The notes under the pieces: generated by a model | Database searches by the model: none | Told to the model about the DNA's origin: nothing | Seen by the model: the letters and a program-made list of their open reading frames with translations, nothing else | Shown here: piece after piece, positions 22,958-37,244 of the stretch | Numbering within the stretch: position 1 is the first letter of the stretch | How the letters are laid out: each line of letters begins with the position of its first letter | Origin: Schmidtea polychroa | Lineage: Eukaryota | Assembly: GCA_044892525.1 (NCBI GenBank) | Contig: CM097885.1 | Location: 27,468,001 to 27,532,000, forward strand | Direction: 5' to 3' | Length of the DNA: 64,000 nucleotides | Made by a program: the position numbers and the translations under genes

Positions 22958-25900
22958 TTGTGTCCACGTCGGGAGTCTGACTTAAATGATTCTCGTGTTG
23001 AATTAACAAGCGATGTATCTGCAATTAATTCTCCTGACATTGTTGTTCCAGATTGTCTCATCAAAGAAATAGAAGATCATATTCAACGAATGGGGACAGT
23101 AAAAATCCAATTTGGACTTTGTGCAGAGTTTATCAAAGAGGATGGTGAAATTAAAAAATGGTGTTTGTCGAATAAAGCAATTACAATGTCATCTTCATTT
23201 ATTAATGATGGAATTGAAAAATTAAAAGAAAAGTTGGAGAAATACACTCAACAAAGTAGTGGGTGGAGAATTCATAAAATATTTGAAGTTACTATGATTT
23301 TAACTAAATTATCAGACATAATACATGTATCTGGTAAGTTTATTTACATTATATATATATATATATATATAAATATAAACAAGATATTTACTTAGGTTCA
23401 AGTTACATTAAAACGCCAAATTACCTGAAAAACTGTCAGGCTTTAGTTAATGTTCAAAACAATGATCAATTCTGTTTTTTATATAGCATACTAGCCGTAT
23501 TACATTATGATGATATACGTCGGGATAGAGAAGGAACAACAAAATATAACTTAAGTGGTAATATATATGTATTTAGAGTTAAAATGGAAATCAGATTGGT
23601 TTCCAATGAAGTTGGTTAACATTTGCCAATTTGAAGCAATGAATCCAAATCTAGCGATCAATGTTCTCAAATATAATAAAGATCCAATTAAACAAAAAAC
23701 TAATGATATTTTCAAGAATCCGTTCGTTGACTTGGTATATAGAAGTACTTCGACGGGATCTCAGATATATCTCCTATTGATTGAAGAAGGTAATATTTCT
23801 TTTAATCATTAAAAATATTAACTAAATTTTAGAATTAAATTATCATTTTTTGGCTGTAACTAATCTCGATCGACTGCTGAATTACAGAGATAGAGTAGAA
23901 GGAGTCAGAATCCAATCACATTGGTGTCATACATGTCTTCATGGGTTTCAAAAACGTCCTGCTTTTGAAAGACATATAGGTCTTTGTAGGAAGAATGTGG
24001 AGCGTACGACTCTATACTCAATGCCAGAGAATAAATATATCGAATTTAAAGACTGGAGTAAAACTATAAAACAGCAGTTTGTTGTCTACGCGGACTTTGA
24101 ATCAATATTACCTCTAGACGACAAACACTTCCAAAAACATGAGCCGATTGCATCTGAATTTGTGCTTCTTCATCAAGGTTGTCCGATCCGAAATGAAACA
24201 TTTGTTGGGAAAAACTGTATCATTCAGTTCATATAAGCATTGGATGATATAGCTACAGACATAGTTTATCCGTGGTATAAAATTAATGGATCAAAGGAAA
24301 TGATGGAACTCACGTGGGAACAGCAGGAAGAATTCACGACTCAAACTCATTGCTACCTTTGTAAAAAGATTATCAATATACCTGTTCGAGATCATGATCA
24401 TTTTATTGGTCAATATCTGTAAGCAGCGTGTCAAGATTGTAATTTGGCTAGAATAATCAATCCGTCTTTACCTGTTGCAATTGGAAAATTCCCCGATTGG
24501 AATTTAATTGTTATTCCTCAATCAACAGATAAGTTTTTCACACTTACAGCGACATCGAAAAGCAGAAGAATTAGATTCATTGATTCTTTACAATTTTTAA
24601 ATAGCAGCTTGGCAAATTTATCAAAAAACTTGCCACGTCTTCCACTTACTTCAAAGATTTTCAATTCTCATCTAATAACTGGTAAAGGCATATTTCCTTA
24701 TGATATTGCTACGTCAATGGATGTTTTACAGTCAATAACAGAATTACCATCGATTTGGGAGGGAGTTAGTCAAGAAGATTATATACATGCAAATCAAATC
24801 TGGCGACAATACAACTGTGAGACACTGCTAGATTACATGCTCGTATATCTCAAGTTGGATGTTTTTCTGTTGGCCGATGTTTTTGAAGCTTTCAGAGAAA
24901 AACATTTGACGAAGATGGACTTGAGGCTCTATCGTTTGTTTCCATACCCGGATTAAGTTGGGCATCAGCTATTAAACAGTTACCTGAACCGGTAGAACTT
25001 ATTCAAGATCCAGAGCTTTACCGTTTATTTGAAGCTGGTATTCGTGGTGGAATGACATTTATCAACAAACATCATGTTGAAGCTGATGAATCAACACAAA
25101 TGTCAAACCTAGATGTTAATAATTTATATGGATGGGCGCTGTCGCAAAAACTTCCTGTTGGTGAATTTAGATGGATAAATGATCAGACTGAAATGAATGG
25201 TATTGTTGAAAGATGTGCAAATGGGGATGAGTTTGATTGAGATCGTGGATATGTTCTAGAGGTTGACATCGTCATTCCTGTTAGTATACAAGATAAGTTA
25301 GATGATTTACCTATAGTTCCTGAGCTTTGTTATCCACCTGGTAGTAAAGTTGAAAAGCTGTTGTTAACTCATGAGCCTAAGAAAAACTATGTAGTTAATG
25401 GTAGAGTTTTGACTGAATGGTTGAGTTATGGCGCAAAAGTCACAAAAGTTAATTGTGCTGTAGAATTCAAGCAAGTAGCTATTTTCAAAGGCTATATTTA
25501 TTACAATACTCAAATGAGAGCAGCTAGTACAGATTCATTTCAGCGAGATTATTATAAGTTAAAGAACAACAGTTTATACGGTAAAACCGTGGAAAACCTT
25601 AAGAAACGTATAAATTTGAGATTATGCAGCAAAAGCAAAAGATTGATAACTTATTGTAGTAATCCTATGTTTCGTCGTAGCATCAAGATTGCGGATGATC
25701 TCATTGCTGTTATACTTGATAAGGAAATGGTGTGTTTAGATAGACCAATGTATATTGGACAAACCGTACTTGATTTATCTAAACTTCGCATGTACCAGTT
25801 TCAATATAAAGAACTACAGAGTTATAGAGAAGAATTCAATTGTCAAATTAATATCGTAGCCGGTGACACAGATTCCTTCTTTTTAGAGTGTAAAAATGTT

Positions 25901-26389
25901 GATTTACGCTTACAACTGTATCCAAAAATGGTTGTCGATGGGCTCCTAGATACTTCAAATTATCCAGTGACTGATCCATTGTTCTCAGATAAAATTTGTT
26001 CGGTAATCGGGAAACTCAAGGATGAGAATAAAGGAAATCAATATAAAGAATGGGTGTTTCTTCGACCCAAGTGCTACTCACTCCAAGGCGATAAAAACAC
26101 TCTAAAAGCCAAAGGAATAAGACTTACAAACTCTAATCTTACACATGAAGCCTATAAAAAAGTGTATACTGATGGTGGAACAGTGAGCATCCCACAAAAA
26201 AGAATAGGAAGTGTCAATCATCAGTTGTATACTTTCATGACCGAAAAACGAGCTCTCCAATGTTTGGATGATAAAAGGTATTGGTACAATTGTAATGAAA
26301 GTTATGCCTACGGTCACTATAAGATTCGTCAAATGCATATTGCAACTGCTATGTCTAGAAATGAATGCAAATCGAAACAAGCACTTTAA
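22958..26389 (+). pseudogene. polB: Polinton/Maverick-type protein-primed family B DNA polymerase, intron-containing, decayed
   Basis: SSGW, GSSYI..P, zinc finger, VYADFES exonuclease, CYLC..RDHDH (endonuclease VII-like), FIDSLQF, KGIFPY, IRGG, LDVNNLYG, KLKNNSLYGKT, GDTDS, RPKCYS; GT-AG introns at 23334-23395, 23558-23576, 23790-23832; several stops and frameshifts. Confidence 0.92.
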
Positions 26390-29300
26390 CAATTAAATTT
26401 ATGTGAATAATAAAATATATATTGTGAATTGTTTGACTTAGTTAATTAAAATGTGTTTTATCATTTAATTATTCATTTGTCCAATTAATTTAGATAATTA
26501 GTTTCAAGTAAGAAATATTATTTTTGTGTTTATTTTATTTATTTATTTATTTTTTCCGAAAAATTAATATCCAGTTTATCTAAAATTAACTCAGCGTTTT
26601 ATTTTATAATAAATTAAATAATTTCTAATTAAAATTTTATTCAAATTAAATAATTACTAATTAAAATTTTATTCAGATTGAAATATTATTGTTATAATTT
26701 ACCTCTTGTTAGAATATAATGTAAATGTAAAATTAAAAAAAAATAATAATAATAATAAATAAATAAATAAATAATACTAAAATAAAAACATAATAAAATA
26801 ATTAATTAAGAAAATTAAAAAAAAATAATAATAATAATTAAATAGCGTAAGTAATTAAAATAAAATATTAATAAACTAATAAATTAATTAAATGTAATAA
26901 ATTAAAATAAAACATAATAAAATAATTAATTAATAAAATTAAAAAGAAAAAAAAATTAAAAAGAAGTAATTAAATAAAATGTTAATTTAAAAAATAAATG
27001 ATTCGATTAGTCTATATTTGATCTTGATATTCCATGACCTTGAAAGTGCGCTGGAGTCCTTACTATTCACTACTAGGTATAAAAAGGCAAAGTGAAAAAA
27101 GATTCTGGACCCACACAATCTGAAGCTTTTTGATGTTTAGACATCGCCATAAAGTACCAAGAGGCATGTAACATAAGACAACTTATGCGTTAAAAGTATT
27201 TGCAATTAAGCAGCTTTAAAAAGAACAGTGAATTTTAGGCAAAATTTGTTAATAAAAATTAATTTAATATTGAAACTTATTGTATATCTTGACAAATATA
27301 GAATTACATATTGTATGTGCATGTCTTTTATTGTCAATTGGGGACTTTTCGATTACCCGGATTAGTCTTTATCCTAACTATCTCCATTCCCAATCGGTCC
27401 GGATAATCGAGGTTCTACTAGATTTTATAAATTTGGCAAATATTTTTTGGTATTTTTTTCAAATTTCACCACTGATTTCTTTTTCATTGACATTGTATTA
27501 ATTAAAAAGCTTGAATACTATGAATCAGTTGTTCATTGTCAAGCTTTCTAAAAAATAAAGAGAAATAAATTTTAAAGTGCCAATCGATCAAACTCATTGA
27601 TTATTGATCTATGGTATTGATTATCTATATATTGATTTTTTCAAAATTTCAATGGTAATGGTATAGACTTATTTTTGATAAAGTTTTCCTTTGACTTCTT
27701 GAATGACACACACAAACATAAACAAACAAACAAACACACACACATATATATAAATATATATATCAGAGCCGGGTGCTATTTTTGTAATTTGCAAATAAAT
27801 TTTGTGAAAATCAATCTAAAATGCAATATTGCGTTTCATATTGGAAAATGATTACTAATTAAAAATCAAAACAAATCTCGACAACATATATTTCACAATT
27901 AAAATTCGACCAAACACAATTATTATTATTAAACGAAATGACAGGATTACTATTTGTACAATTGATTCCATTTTCGATCACAGTAAATTTAACGCGCTTG
28001 CTGCAATGAATGCAGAACCCGCCCGAGCATCTTTCTTGGTTTTATAAAATGATTCCGAAACGTAGGTGTTGCTTAAAATGGTCACCTAGTCACAACAAAG
28101 CACACATTAAAAATAATCTGATTTTGGATGGTTATTTTTTTCTTAATATTTCAATGCAAGAAAATTTTAAAATAAACTGTAATCATCCCCATTTGCCATT
28201 GATTTATATTAGAAATAATCAATATATTTTTATAAATAATTAGAGATTACGAACCAATAGCAATGAGTTCTAATCTCTATATGGTTTTTATAGTTTATCT
28301 TGAAGATACAAAAATGTTGAGGTCAGCAACGATAATAGTGACGTCATCCTCTATATTTTAGTCGGAATAATATTTTAAAAATTTCAAACTCCCGCGCTAT
28401 AGTGAGATAAAAGAAAAAAGTAAAATTCAGTTTAAATCAATATTTGCACATTTTAATCAATAATTAACCATTTAAATCAATACTTGAATTTCTATTTTGC
28501 ACTTAAAAATACTTATTTGCGGCTTGACCTTGAAATGGGGGGTGTAGAGGTCTCTGTTGATTACCAGCGCGCGATAACTAATGGTGGCGTAAGGAGCTCA
28601 CATCTACCTACCTACCCTTTTTATTGATTTTATATTTTAAAAAAAATATCGATTGTTATTATTAAAACAAAAATTGAAAAGAAAATAAAATAAAATCAAT
28701 TATTATTCAATGCAAAAATAATTAATAAAAATTACTATTGGAAAAAATTTTAAAAAAATATTTTTTTAAAGTAAAATTTGAACTTGAAATAGGTTTTGAA
28801 ATTTGACCTTGGGATTGTTATGTATGGTTGTGGGCAGATGTGAGCTTTTTGACTCACTATCAGTTATCGCGCACCTACTCCCTTTGCACAGCCTACTAGC
28901 GATAGATTATTTCAAATTCGCCCTAAAATTTCCCGAAGTGCAATATTGATTTTGAGTGCAAAATGTACTTTTATAGGCCCATTTTTTATTTTCTAACTGA
29001 AATGTGGGTTATCAGTATGAGTTATCGCGTTTATAATTTTAACATGTGTATATTGATTAAAAAGTGCTATTATTGATTTTATGTGAAAAAAAACTATTAT
29101 TGATTTTTAGTGAAAAAAATGCTATTATTGACTTTTAGGAGAAAAAAGTGCAAAATGAAAATTATAACTAAAAATGTGACTATAGTGTGCTTTTAATATT
29201 TTAACCAGGCATCCTTCATAAAAAGATGTATTCTATGATGTCACACAATAATATATATAAAAATTGCAAAAAAGTTTTATTTGAGTTACCTTTTTCGCGT

Positions 29301-30029
29301 TTTTAAGAAATATTTTTAGAACATTCGGAACCCGGTACATTTAGTCGTGACATCCTTAACAAAATAGTTGCATCTCGATTTAACTAAAAAGATTCTTTAA
29401 AAAAATTCTCGAAAGGCTTTTTGGTTCTCCCAGAAATTAAGAAAGTATAAAACCAATCGATAATTCTCAAAAATTCGGCTATGCCCGAATGTATTATGAA
29501 TTATCGTGGATTTTGATCGGTGAGTTATCGATATCTCAGCATACTCCCAGCACTATGCAAAGGGCTAATATTGATTTTATAGTGCAGAAAGTGGAATTTT
29601 TATAATTTCGGTTCCTCGCCCTACAAAATATAGATTCTTGAGATAAAGATATGTTGTTCTCCCCTTTGGCTTTGGCCTTTAATAACTCGTGTTTAAATTT
29701 GCAAATGGCATGAGGCTATCAAACAGAGGGAAAAACAGAATTGAAGGTAATAATGGATAATTATTTTATATAAAGAAATAAAAAAATTGAGATAGAGATT
29801 AAAAAACCCCACAAAAAGTCAAAGATGCCTGGACAAAATCAATAAATGCGCCCCGACTGCACTATATATATATATATATATATGCGATTGATACATGAGC
29901 ATAATCAGCTGATGATAATTGGATATGAATTATGGGCTAGTATAACTCTTGTTCCACTGACTTAGGGAGTAGCAGGAGGCAAATTTATGTTTATTGTCAG
30001 TTTTATAAATTAAATATGAAAATATTAGT

Positions 30030-30208
30030 TATAAATAAATAAAATAATTAAATAACAATTACCTATAATAATAATAATAAATAATAAAAATAATAACAAA
30101 TAAAAAATAATAATAATAAATAATAAATAATAATATTAATAGAAATAATAATAAATAATAATGATAAAAATTAAATAACAATTATAATAATAATTAATAA
30201 AAATAATA

Positions 30209-30253
<45 letters not shown>

Positions 30254-30990
30254 TAAAAATAAATAATAATAATAAAAAATAATAATAATAAATAAAAATA
30301 ATAATTAATAATAATAATAATAAATAATAAAAATAATAATAATAAAAATAAATAATAATAATAAAAAATAATAATAATAAATAAAATAATAATTATTAAT
30401 AATAATAAATAATAATAAATAATAAAAATAATTAAAAATAATAACAAATAAAAAATAATAATAATAAATAATAATAATTAATAGAAATAATAATGATAAA
30501 AATTAAATAACAATTATAATAATAATTAATAAAAATAATAAATAATAATAATAAATAATAAAAATAAATAATAATAATAAAAAATAATAATAATAAATAA
30601 AAATAATAATTAATAATAATAATAATAAATAATAAAAATAATAATAATAAAAATAAATAATAATAATAAAAAATAAAAATAATAAATAAAAATAATAATA
30701 ATAATAATAAATAATAAAAATAAATAATAATAATAAAAAATAATAATAATAATAATAAATAAAAATAATAATTAATAATAAATAAAAAACAATAATAATA
30801 ATAAATAATAAAAATAATTAAAAATAATAATAATAATAATAAAAACAAATAATAATAATAAATAAAATAACAATAATTATAATAATAATAATTAATCATA
30901 ATAAAAAATAATAAATTATAATAATAAATTATAATAATAAATAAAAATAATTAATAATAATTAAATAGTAATAAAATTGTCAATATTAAT
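30030..30990. repeat. Degenerate (AAT)n low-complexity satellite
   Basis: Almost only A/T, built of aat/aaat units. Confidence 0.95.
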
Positions 30991-32498
30991 CAATAAAAAT
31001 TAATCGCGAAATTATTAATTATTAATCGAAACGATAAATTGACGTGATTGAAATTTAAATCGAAAATAGAAAAAAAATAAATTAATATTCAAAAGAAGAT
31101 TGTTTACTCAGTTGAATATTAAGTTTCCATTTGATATTTTTGCATCGAGTTTCTCCACTCATTTGCGGTTTTTCATTGGAGCAAATTTGTCGACTGCATT
31201 AGGAGAATTGAAGAGACTAAATTGAAGAAATGCATATCAATGAAACAGCCTGATGTTTGTAGTATTATTTAAAATATTTAACAGTTAAAAAGAAATTTAA
31301 GATTTTTTTTCTAAACTTTGAATGAAACGATTTAAAATTTTTTTACTAATGTCCTTCACAAGTGCTATTGAAAGTGTGATTCATAAGATGATTGTCGTTT
31401 GAACCATTCTACCCATTAATCAATAATTATTTTTCTGCGAAATTTGATCGATTTACAATAAAGATCTGGATTAAATTCCAAAGCAGAATTTGATTATTAC
31501 TAATTCCTGATATTCAGAAAGGGTTTTATAATGTCGTAGTGCATATGTTAAATAATTTAAATAATACTATTAAAATCAGGCAGTTCATTGAATTGATTTT
31601 ACAAAACCGAATTCATTTCTCACAGAAAATAAATCTTATAAAATAGTCAAGAAATTCATAAGAAATATTTTATTATTATTTATCGATTGAATTTTATAAT
31701 AATAATAATAATTATTTTTGAAATCGATTTATTGCATTTATATTCAATTAATTATTTGTTAATTTAATTTAACTCGTATAATTTGCTAAGAATTTATAGT
31801 AGAATAAAGATTCACTGTTTCCAGTGTGAATGGAGTCAGAAATAATTTATATAAGATTATTGGCATTGTAAAATTGTTTTCATTACCTCAATGAAGATTA
31901 AATTTGGAAATTAATTCACCTGAAAAAGTTCAAATTTGTTATTGTCGATAACAAATTTCAAAACTGTTTAAATGAAAATCAAAAAAATATAATAAATCGG
32001 AAAGTATTTTATATGAAGCGCTGGTGGTTAAATCACAATTCTAAACAGTTAACATTCAATTAGCAACGGATTTATTGAGAGTATTTAATTAACTTATTAA
32101 CTTGTAACATTATTGTTTCCGTTTATTTTCTTAATTAAATTTTCCCCCTTTTTTCTTATTGATATAATTAATTCTTATTTCTTTTATTATCAAAATTTAT
32201 TACTATTTTTAAATAACCTCGTTTATATTATATATAAATATAATTATTATAATTAATTTTCCTGTAATTTATAATGATGAATTCTCAGAATATTTTACTT
32301 ACTAAATAATAAAAAAAAAATTCGTAATGGTTTAAAAAACGAAAGAAACTTGAAATTTACAAACAAGATTTTTGCGCAAATTGCACAAATTTTGTCATTA
32401 GAATGAAATAAAGTTGAAATAAATGAATTGAAAATAATTAATAATTTCAAAGACGTACACCCTAATATTATTGATTTGCTTAATCAAAATCGACCTAC

Positions 32499-33353
32499 CG
32501 AAACTCTAAATTGCCTCATATTTGTAGGACCGATATGTTCGACATCTTCATAAATCGGCGGAGTGAGTTTGTTTTTTTGGCAGTATTCCATTAATATTGA
32601 AACAGGATTCTTATCGATTTCCGGTTTTTTAATTTTCGAAACGGTTTTCTCAACTGGGGTTGCTAATCCACGACGATTGATTTTGGCTTCGAATTTCATT
32701 GGTTTCACAATTCCATCACTTTCTTTACCTAAGCCTTCACCGAATCGCCAACCCATTTTCGAAAGCAATCGCGCTCCATATGTATTATCTCGGGGGCAGT
32801 TCACTATTGTCGTGTAACAAGTTGTTTTGTCTAATGATTCCATTGAAATTTCTGGATCCGACGGTTCTTCAGATATTTTATGAATTTCACCTTTAGATAT
32901 AGGATACATAGCGTCTAATTTGATATTAATATTAGCCGATGACGAACTAATAAAGTTTTTTGAAAGTGGTGGAGGCGCACGAAATCTGGTAAAATTATTA
33001 TATTTTGGTACTTGAAAACTCTGAGGATTGGGTTTAAAACTATAATTAGGACCTGAAACCTTTAGATTAGGTTGGGATTCTTTCAAAGCATTATAAAATT
33101 TATTCATATTATCGTAAGCTTTTTGTTTGATTTCTTCAGTATTTTCACGTGGATACTTCGGCTGAAGTAAATTATATTTATTTATATCATCAGTATTTAT
33201 TCTCTTTCTATCAAGTTTCTTTTCATCTTCACTTGGGTTTAAAACCAAAGGAACTTTAGAACTAATGCCTGCAATAAATTATTGACTTATAAAATTAAAA
33301 AATATAAAATTTTAACCATTATTTTGACAAATTGATGATTCCAAATTATCCAT
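32499..33353 (-). CDS. G-patch + dsRNA-binding-domain protein (SON C-terminus-like), first two exons
   Basis: Exon 1 33317-33353 (MDNLESSICQNN), 48-nt GT-AG intron 33269-33316, exon 2 with G-patch GARLLSKMGWRFGEGLGK and dsRBD start KNPVSILMEYCQK; donor gtaggt at 32498; downstream exon not located. Confidence 0.75.
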
Positions 33354-33623
33354 TTTAATCTTAATTACTACTAAATTAGAACATGAACAAACGATATTGA
33401 TAAATAGAACATTAACACTTACTATAAAAATAAAAAAAACTAATTTTTAAACGTACAAGTTTTATTAACTTAAATATTTAATTAGGTTTTTAAAATATTA
33501 ACAATACACTACTACATTTAGCTCAATATAACAAAATAAAATGATTTGAATATTAATGTTTAATTACAACAATTTCAATTTAACATATTTATCATTTTAA
33601 AAGTCTTAATGTCTATTTTAGTA

Positions 33624-33625
<2 letters not shown>

Positions 33626-33693
<68 letters not shown>
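33626..33693. repeat. (ATT)n microsatellite
   Basis: Perfect att run. Confidence 0.95.
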
Positions 33694-33987
33694 TTGAACA
33701 AAATTGTAATTAGGATTTGTAGTGTATTATTTTTGTTATTATTGTGTTAATTATATTAAAAAAAAATAAAAAAACTATATAGTAAATTATTTCTATAGAG
33801 AATTACAAAATTTAATAAAATATAAAAATCAATACGACATTTACAAGTCGACAGACAATCAACGAACGGAATTCACATAAAATTAAACAATTAACGGAGT
33901 GGAATTCTTATTTAGAATACGAGAAAAATTGAAATTATAGATAACAGAATAAGATATTCATAAGTTTAAATCAAATAGATTGTTAGA

Positions 33988-34177
33988 GTTAGGGTTAGGT
34001 TAGGGTTAGGTTAGGGTTAGGTTAGGGTTAGGTTAGGGTTAGGTTAGGGTTAGGTTAGGGTTAGGTTAGGGTTTGGTTAGGGTTAGGTTAGGGTTAGGTT
34101 AGGGTTAGGTTAGGGTTAGGTTAGGGTTAGGTTAGGGTTAGGTTAGGGTTAGGTTAGGGTTAGGGTTAGGGGTTAGG
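33988..34177 (+). repeat. Interstitial telomere-like array, 11-bp unit TTAGGGTTAGG
   Basis: Alternating TTAGGG and TTAGG over about 190 bp. Confidence 0.93.
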
Positions 34178-34269
34178 ACAGATATATTAGGAAAAACCTG
34201 TGGAGTCAGATTCAGGAAACTATTTGAAGTTGAGAGACTTGCCAAAAAACCAAGGCTATAACAATTACA

Positions 34270-35170
34270 TCGAAGGAATCAGTAAACAAACTAGAATCAA
34301 CCGAAATGTTCGAAATTACATTCATGGATATATGTAGATCAATGCGAGAAACAAAAGGACGTAAGAAGTCTATATTGGCTATAATAGACCAGTATATTAT
34401 GTATCAAGTCTTGACAGCTATAACAAAACAAGACGTGGAAACAATAAAGAAAACGATTTTACTAAGAAACTTGATATTAAACTATGTTCTTCGAGTCCAT
34501 ACCATCACCAAACAAATGGACAGATAGAAAGACAATTCAGAACAATATCAGAGCTGATAAACGCTACTTTACGGGAAAGAAGGAAGAAGTATTTGGCAGA
34601 AATATTACCAGAAGTCGAATTTACATTAAATGCAACCAAACAAAAAGCGACAGGAAATAGGCCGGCAGAGTTAATGTTTGGAAAAAGTAATATCAAGAAA
34701 AATGGTACGGGTCAAAAGAAAAACAGGTAGAGGAAGAACAAGAAGAACAAACAGGGAGGAAATTTAAAGTAGGAGAATATTTGTTAGTAAAATTAAAAAA
34801 ATGCAACAAAACCCAGGACCATATAAAGTGATCGAGAAAGTGCATGACAGACGATATATCTTAAGAAACGAGAATGGTAAAAAAATTGAAAGAAACGTGG
34901 AAAAACTTAAAACATATGAGGGGATATGAGGAAGATGAAAGGTTCTAAAAGTTTTAATTAGAAATTTAATTAAACTTTAAAAAATGTTTTATCGAAAAAT
35001 ATTTTAAAAGAAACATTAAAATTTTTTTAAATAGGAAACAAAAGAAAAGATAAGTTTTGAGTGTATAATTTATTAAACAAAAATTTATGGAATTATATAG
35101 TGATTTGCAAACAGATTTTAATGTTTTAACGGATGAGAATCCTAATAATAAGAACTGTTGGTTTATTGAG
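34270..35170 (+). mobile_element. Degenerate Gypsy 3' end (integrase remnant, PPT, probable LTR) related to element 2
   Basis: FMDIC, AIIDQY, SPYHHQTNGQIERQFRT, LPEVEFTLNAT, GPYKVI, RNVEKLK across frames, then gagggga and AT-rich LTR-like DNA; right boundary uncertain. Confidence 0.75.
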
Positions 35171-37244
35171 TTGGTGACAATATTTGGAAATTCAACTTTT
35201 ACTCTGACTCCAAAGCGTGTTTATTAATTCACAATTCAACACTCTCGCACACAATAAGCTTTATTAATATCACACGGGATTATACAAACTTCAATTACAA
35301 CTAATTAACTATAAACCAATTTATCACAAAGATCTTATTTCGACACTACGTGAAGAATAACCCTTTCTGTATTCAAAACAATAATCACTAGCCGTCAACT
35401 ACTCAAATACAGGATACGTTGATCAATTGTTCTATTTGCTTTGACCACACAATTTATTTACTCTACTTTTACTTTATATTCAATTTTATAAAAGATTCTC
35501 TTCACTTCTCATTTCACTCTGTTTTGATTCTCCATTTTAACTCTTCGTCTCTAATTTTGCTCTACTTTTTGTCTCTAATTTCGTTCTGTTTTGTTCTCAA
35601 TTTCGTTCTGTTTTCATTCTGTTTTCGTTTTACATTTGTTTTGATTTCTCGTCCACCAGTTTTCCTTTATATAGTTATTTTGTTTATGGCACTGGCGACA
35701 GATTTTGATTTCCTATTTCCATTTTCTTCTGAGTTCCCCACTATGTCAGTGATTAATTGTCGATGCTCGCGTTTGTGTGCGCTTTTTACTTTCTTTGTGT
35801 TTGGGTTGTGTGTGCACACAGACGCGTAAAATTGTGAAAATGGTTTTGTGGTTTGGAGCTTTGGATTGGTTGGAATTTATTGGTTTTTGGCTGAATTCGA
35901 ATTATTGTTAGTGTGGTGTTTACGGATCTATTTAAGTTTTTTGAGTGAGTTTGGATCGAGTGGAATCTTGAGTTTTTGAATTTCTTTTGAAATTCCTGTA
36001 CTTTTTGCCAAATATATGATTTCAAATCAAGTTTTTGAGATTTCTTCAGTGGATTTAATTATCAAATCAAATGATCATGCTATTCAAGGCGACAGGGGCG
36101 TTCACATATCTCAGAATGGTATATGGGTGACGTGCAAGGATGGATTTATTGAAAGACTTGAATCTGATAACTCAATGGAAATTGGAAATACTGCAAACGA
36201 AACTGATGGTTCCTTTTTTTTGACTCCAAGAGATCCTGATAACTTTAATGGTGTTTTTGGCCAACTAATATCAAATTTATTTGGTGGATTGCTGCCGCAG
36301 GATTTTAGATCCGATTCGTCAGATTTCATGTTTTCAGATCAAAGTTTTGACAAGTGTGTAACGAGAATTAAGAATCAATTTGAACAAATGAGGCAGATAT
36401 TGAGAAATTACCAGTCAAGGAAATCACTGCGGCTAATGATACAGGTTTCAGTTGTCTGTCAGATTATGAGGTGGCTTATGAAGTGTACGAGTTGCTCCGT
36501 CGAGACACGCGGACAATTATACGAAGGACCATTCTTCAAAGGACAATTAAACAGTCAGCCTTATCTGTGACAGATGTCGAGATATTTTTTCTTTTTCCTC
36601 TTTTGTTTGACCGCCTTCTCCCAGCAATTACGTTATCACTGGCAGGCTGTCGAGATAAGAATTTTGTTGTTTTCCGCTTTTCCTGATTTCAAAATTCCTT
36701 TTCCTTTTTGTACTAATTAATCAGTAATGACCTTGGCTTTTATTCTCATGTTTGATTCCTTTTATTTCTTTTATCTTTCTCATTTTTAATTTCTTTTTAC
36801 TTCCGTTTTCTTTTCTGAGTCTCTATAGATCGTCCCGCTTGTCATGACGATTTTCCTTTAGGTAATTTTATTTATAAATTGTTTATAAATTGTTTATTTA
36901 GGTATTCTCAACAGAACCTTTTTTTCAAAATCACGACCGATTTCTTTTCCAATGACATTGTATTTATTAAAAACCTTGACTTAAAAAAATCAGTAAATAT
37001 ATCGATGATTTTGATATTCATGAAGTATATATGTATAATTTTGAACGTCACTCCACTCATTTTAGAACAGTACTTCCAGAATATTATAATAATTTTAGAA
37101 AATGTTTTATTAAACTTTATATACATATAGGCAATACCAAATTTCGGATTTTCCAAACATGGAAAACGAACGCTCATTCATTTTAACTGAATACTAGAAA
37201 AAGAGTATCCATTAAGAGTTTATCAACGAAATCAATACAGCAGC

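Larger units (their letters stand above)
19371..23600. repeat. Large inverted repeat (arms ~19371-21170 and ~21710-23600)
   Basis: ORFs 19653..20024(-)/22958..23395(+) and 20201..20452(-)/22530..22781(+) are near-identical mirror copies; the noncoding DNA also mirrors, with indels. Confidence 0.93.

Noticed and set aside
27764..29860. Possible non-autonomous DNA transposon (cagagccgggtgc ... gcgccccgactg, internal ttatcgcg motifs)
   Set aside because: Terminal match is poor and no TSD could be defined within the TA-repeat flanks.
30136..30899. Hydrophobic ORFs (poly I/L/Y/F), also 43315..43732 and the tail of 21..395
   Set aside because: Translations of (AAT)n microsatellites.
35419..36686. 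ORFs 35419..35829 and 36016..36570
   Set aside because: The first is T-rich low complexity; the second has no motif I can recognise, so no product can be supported.
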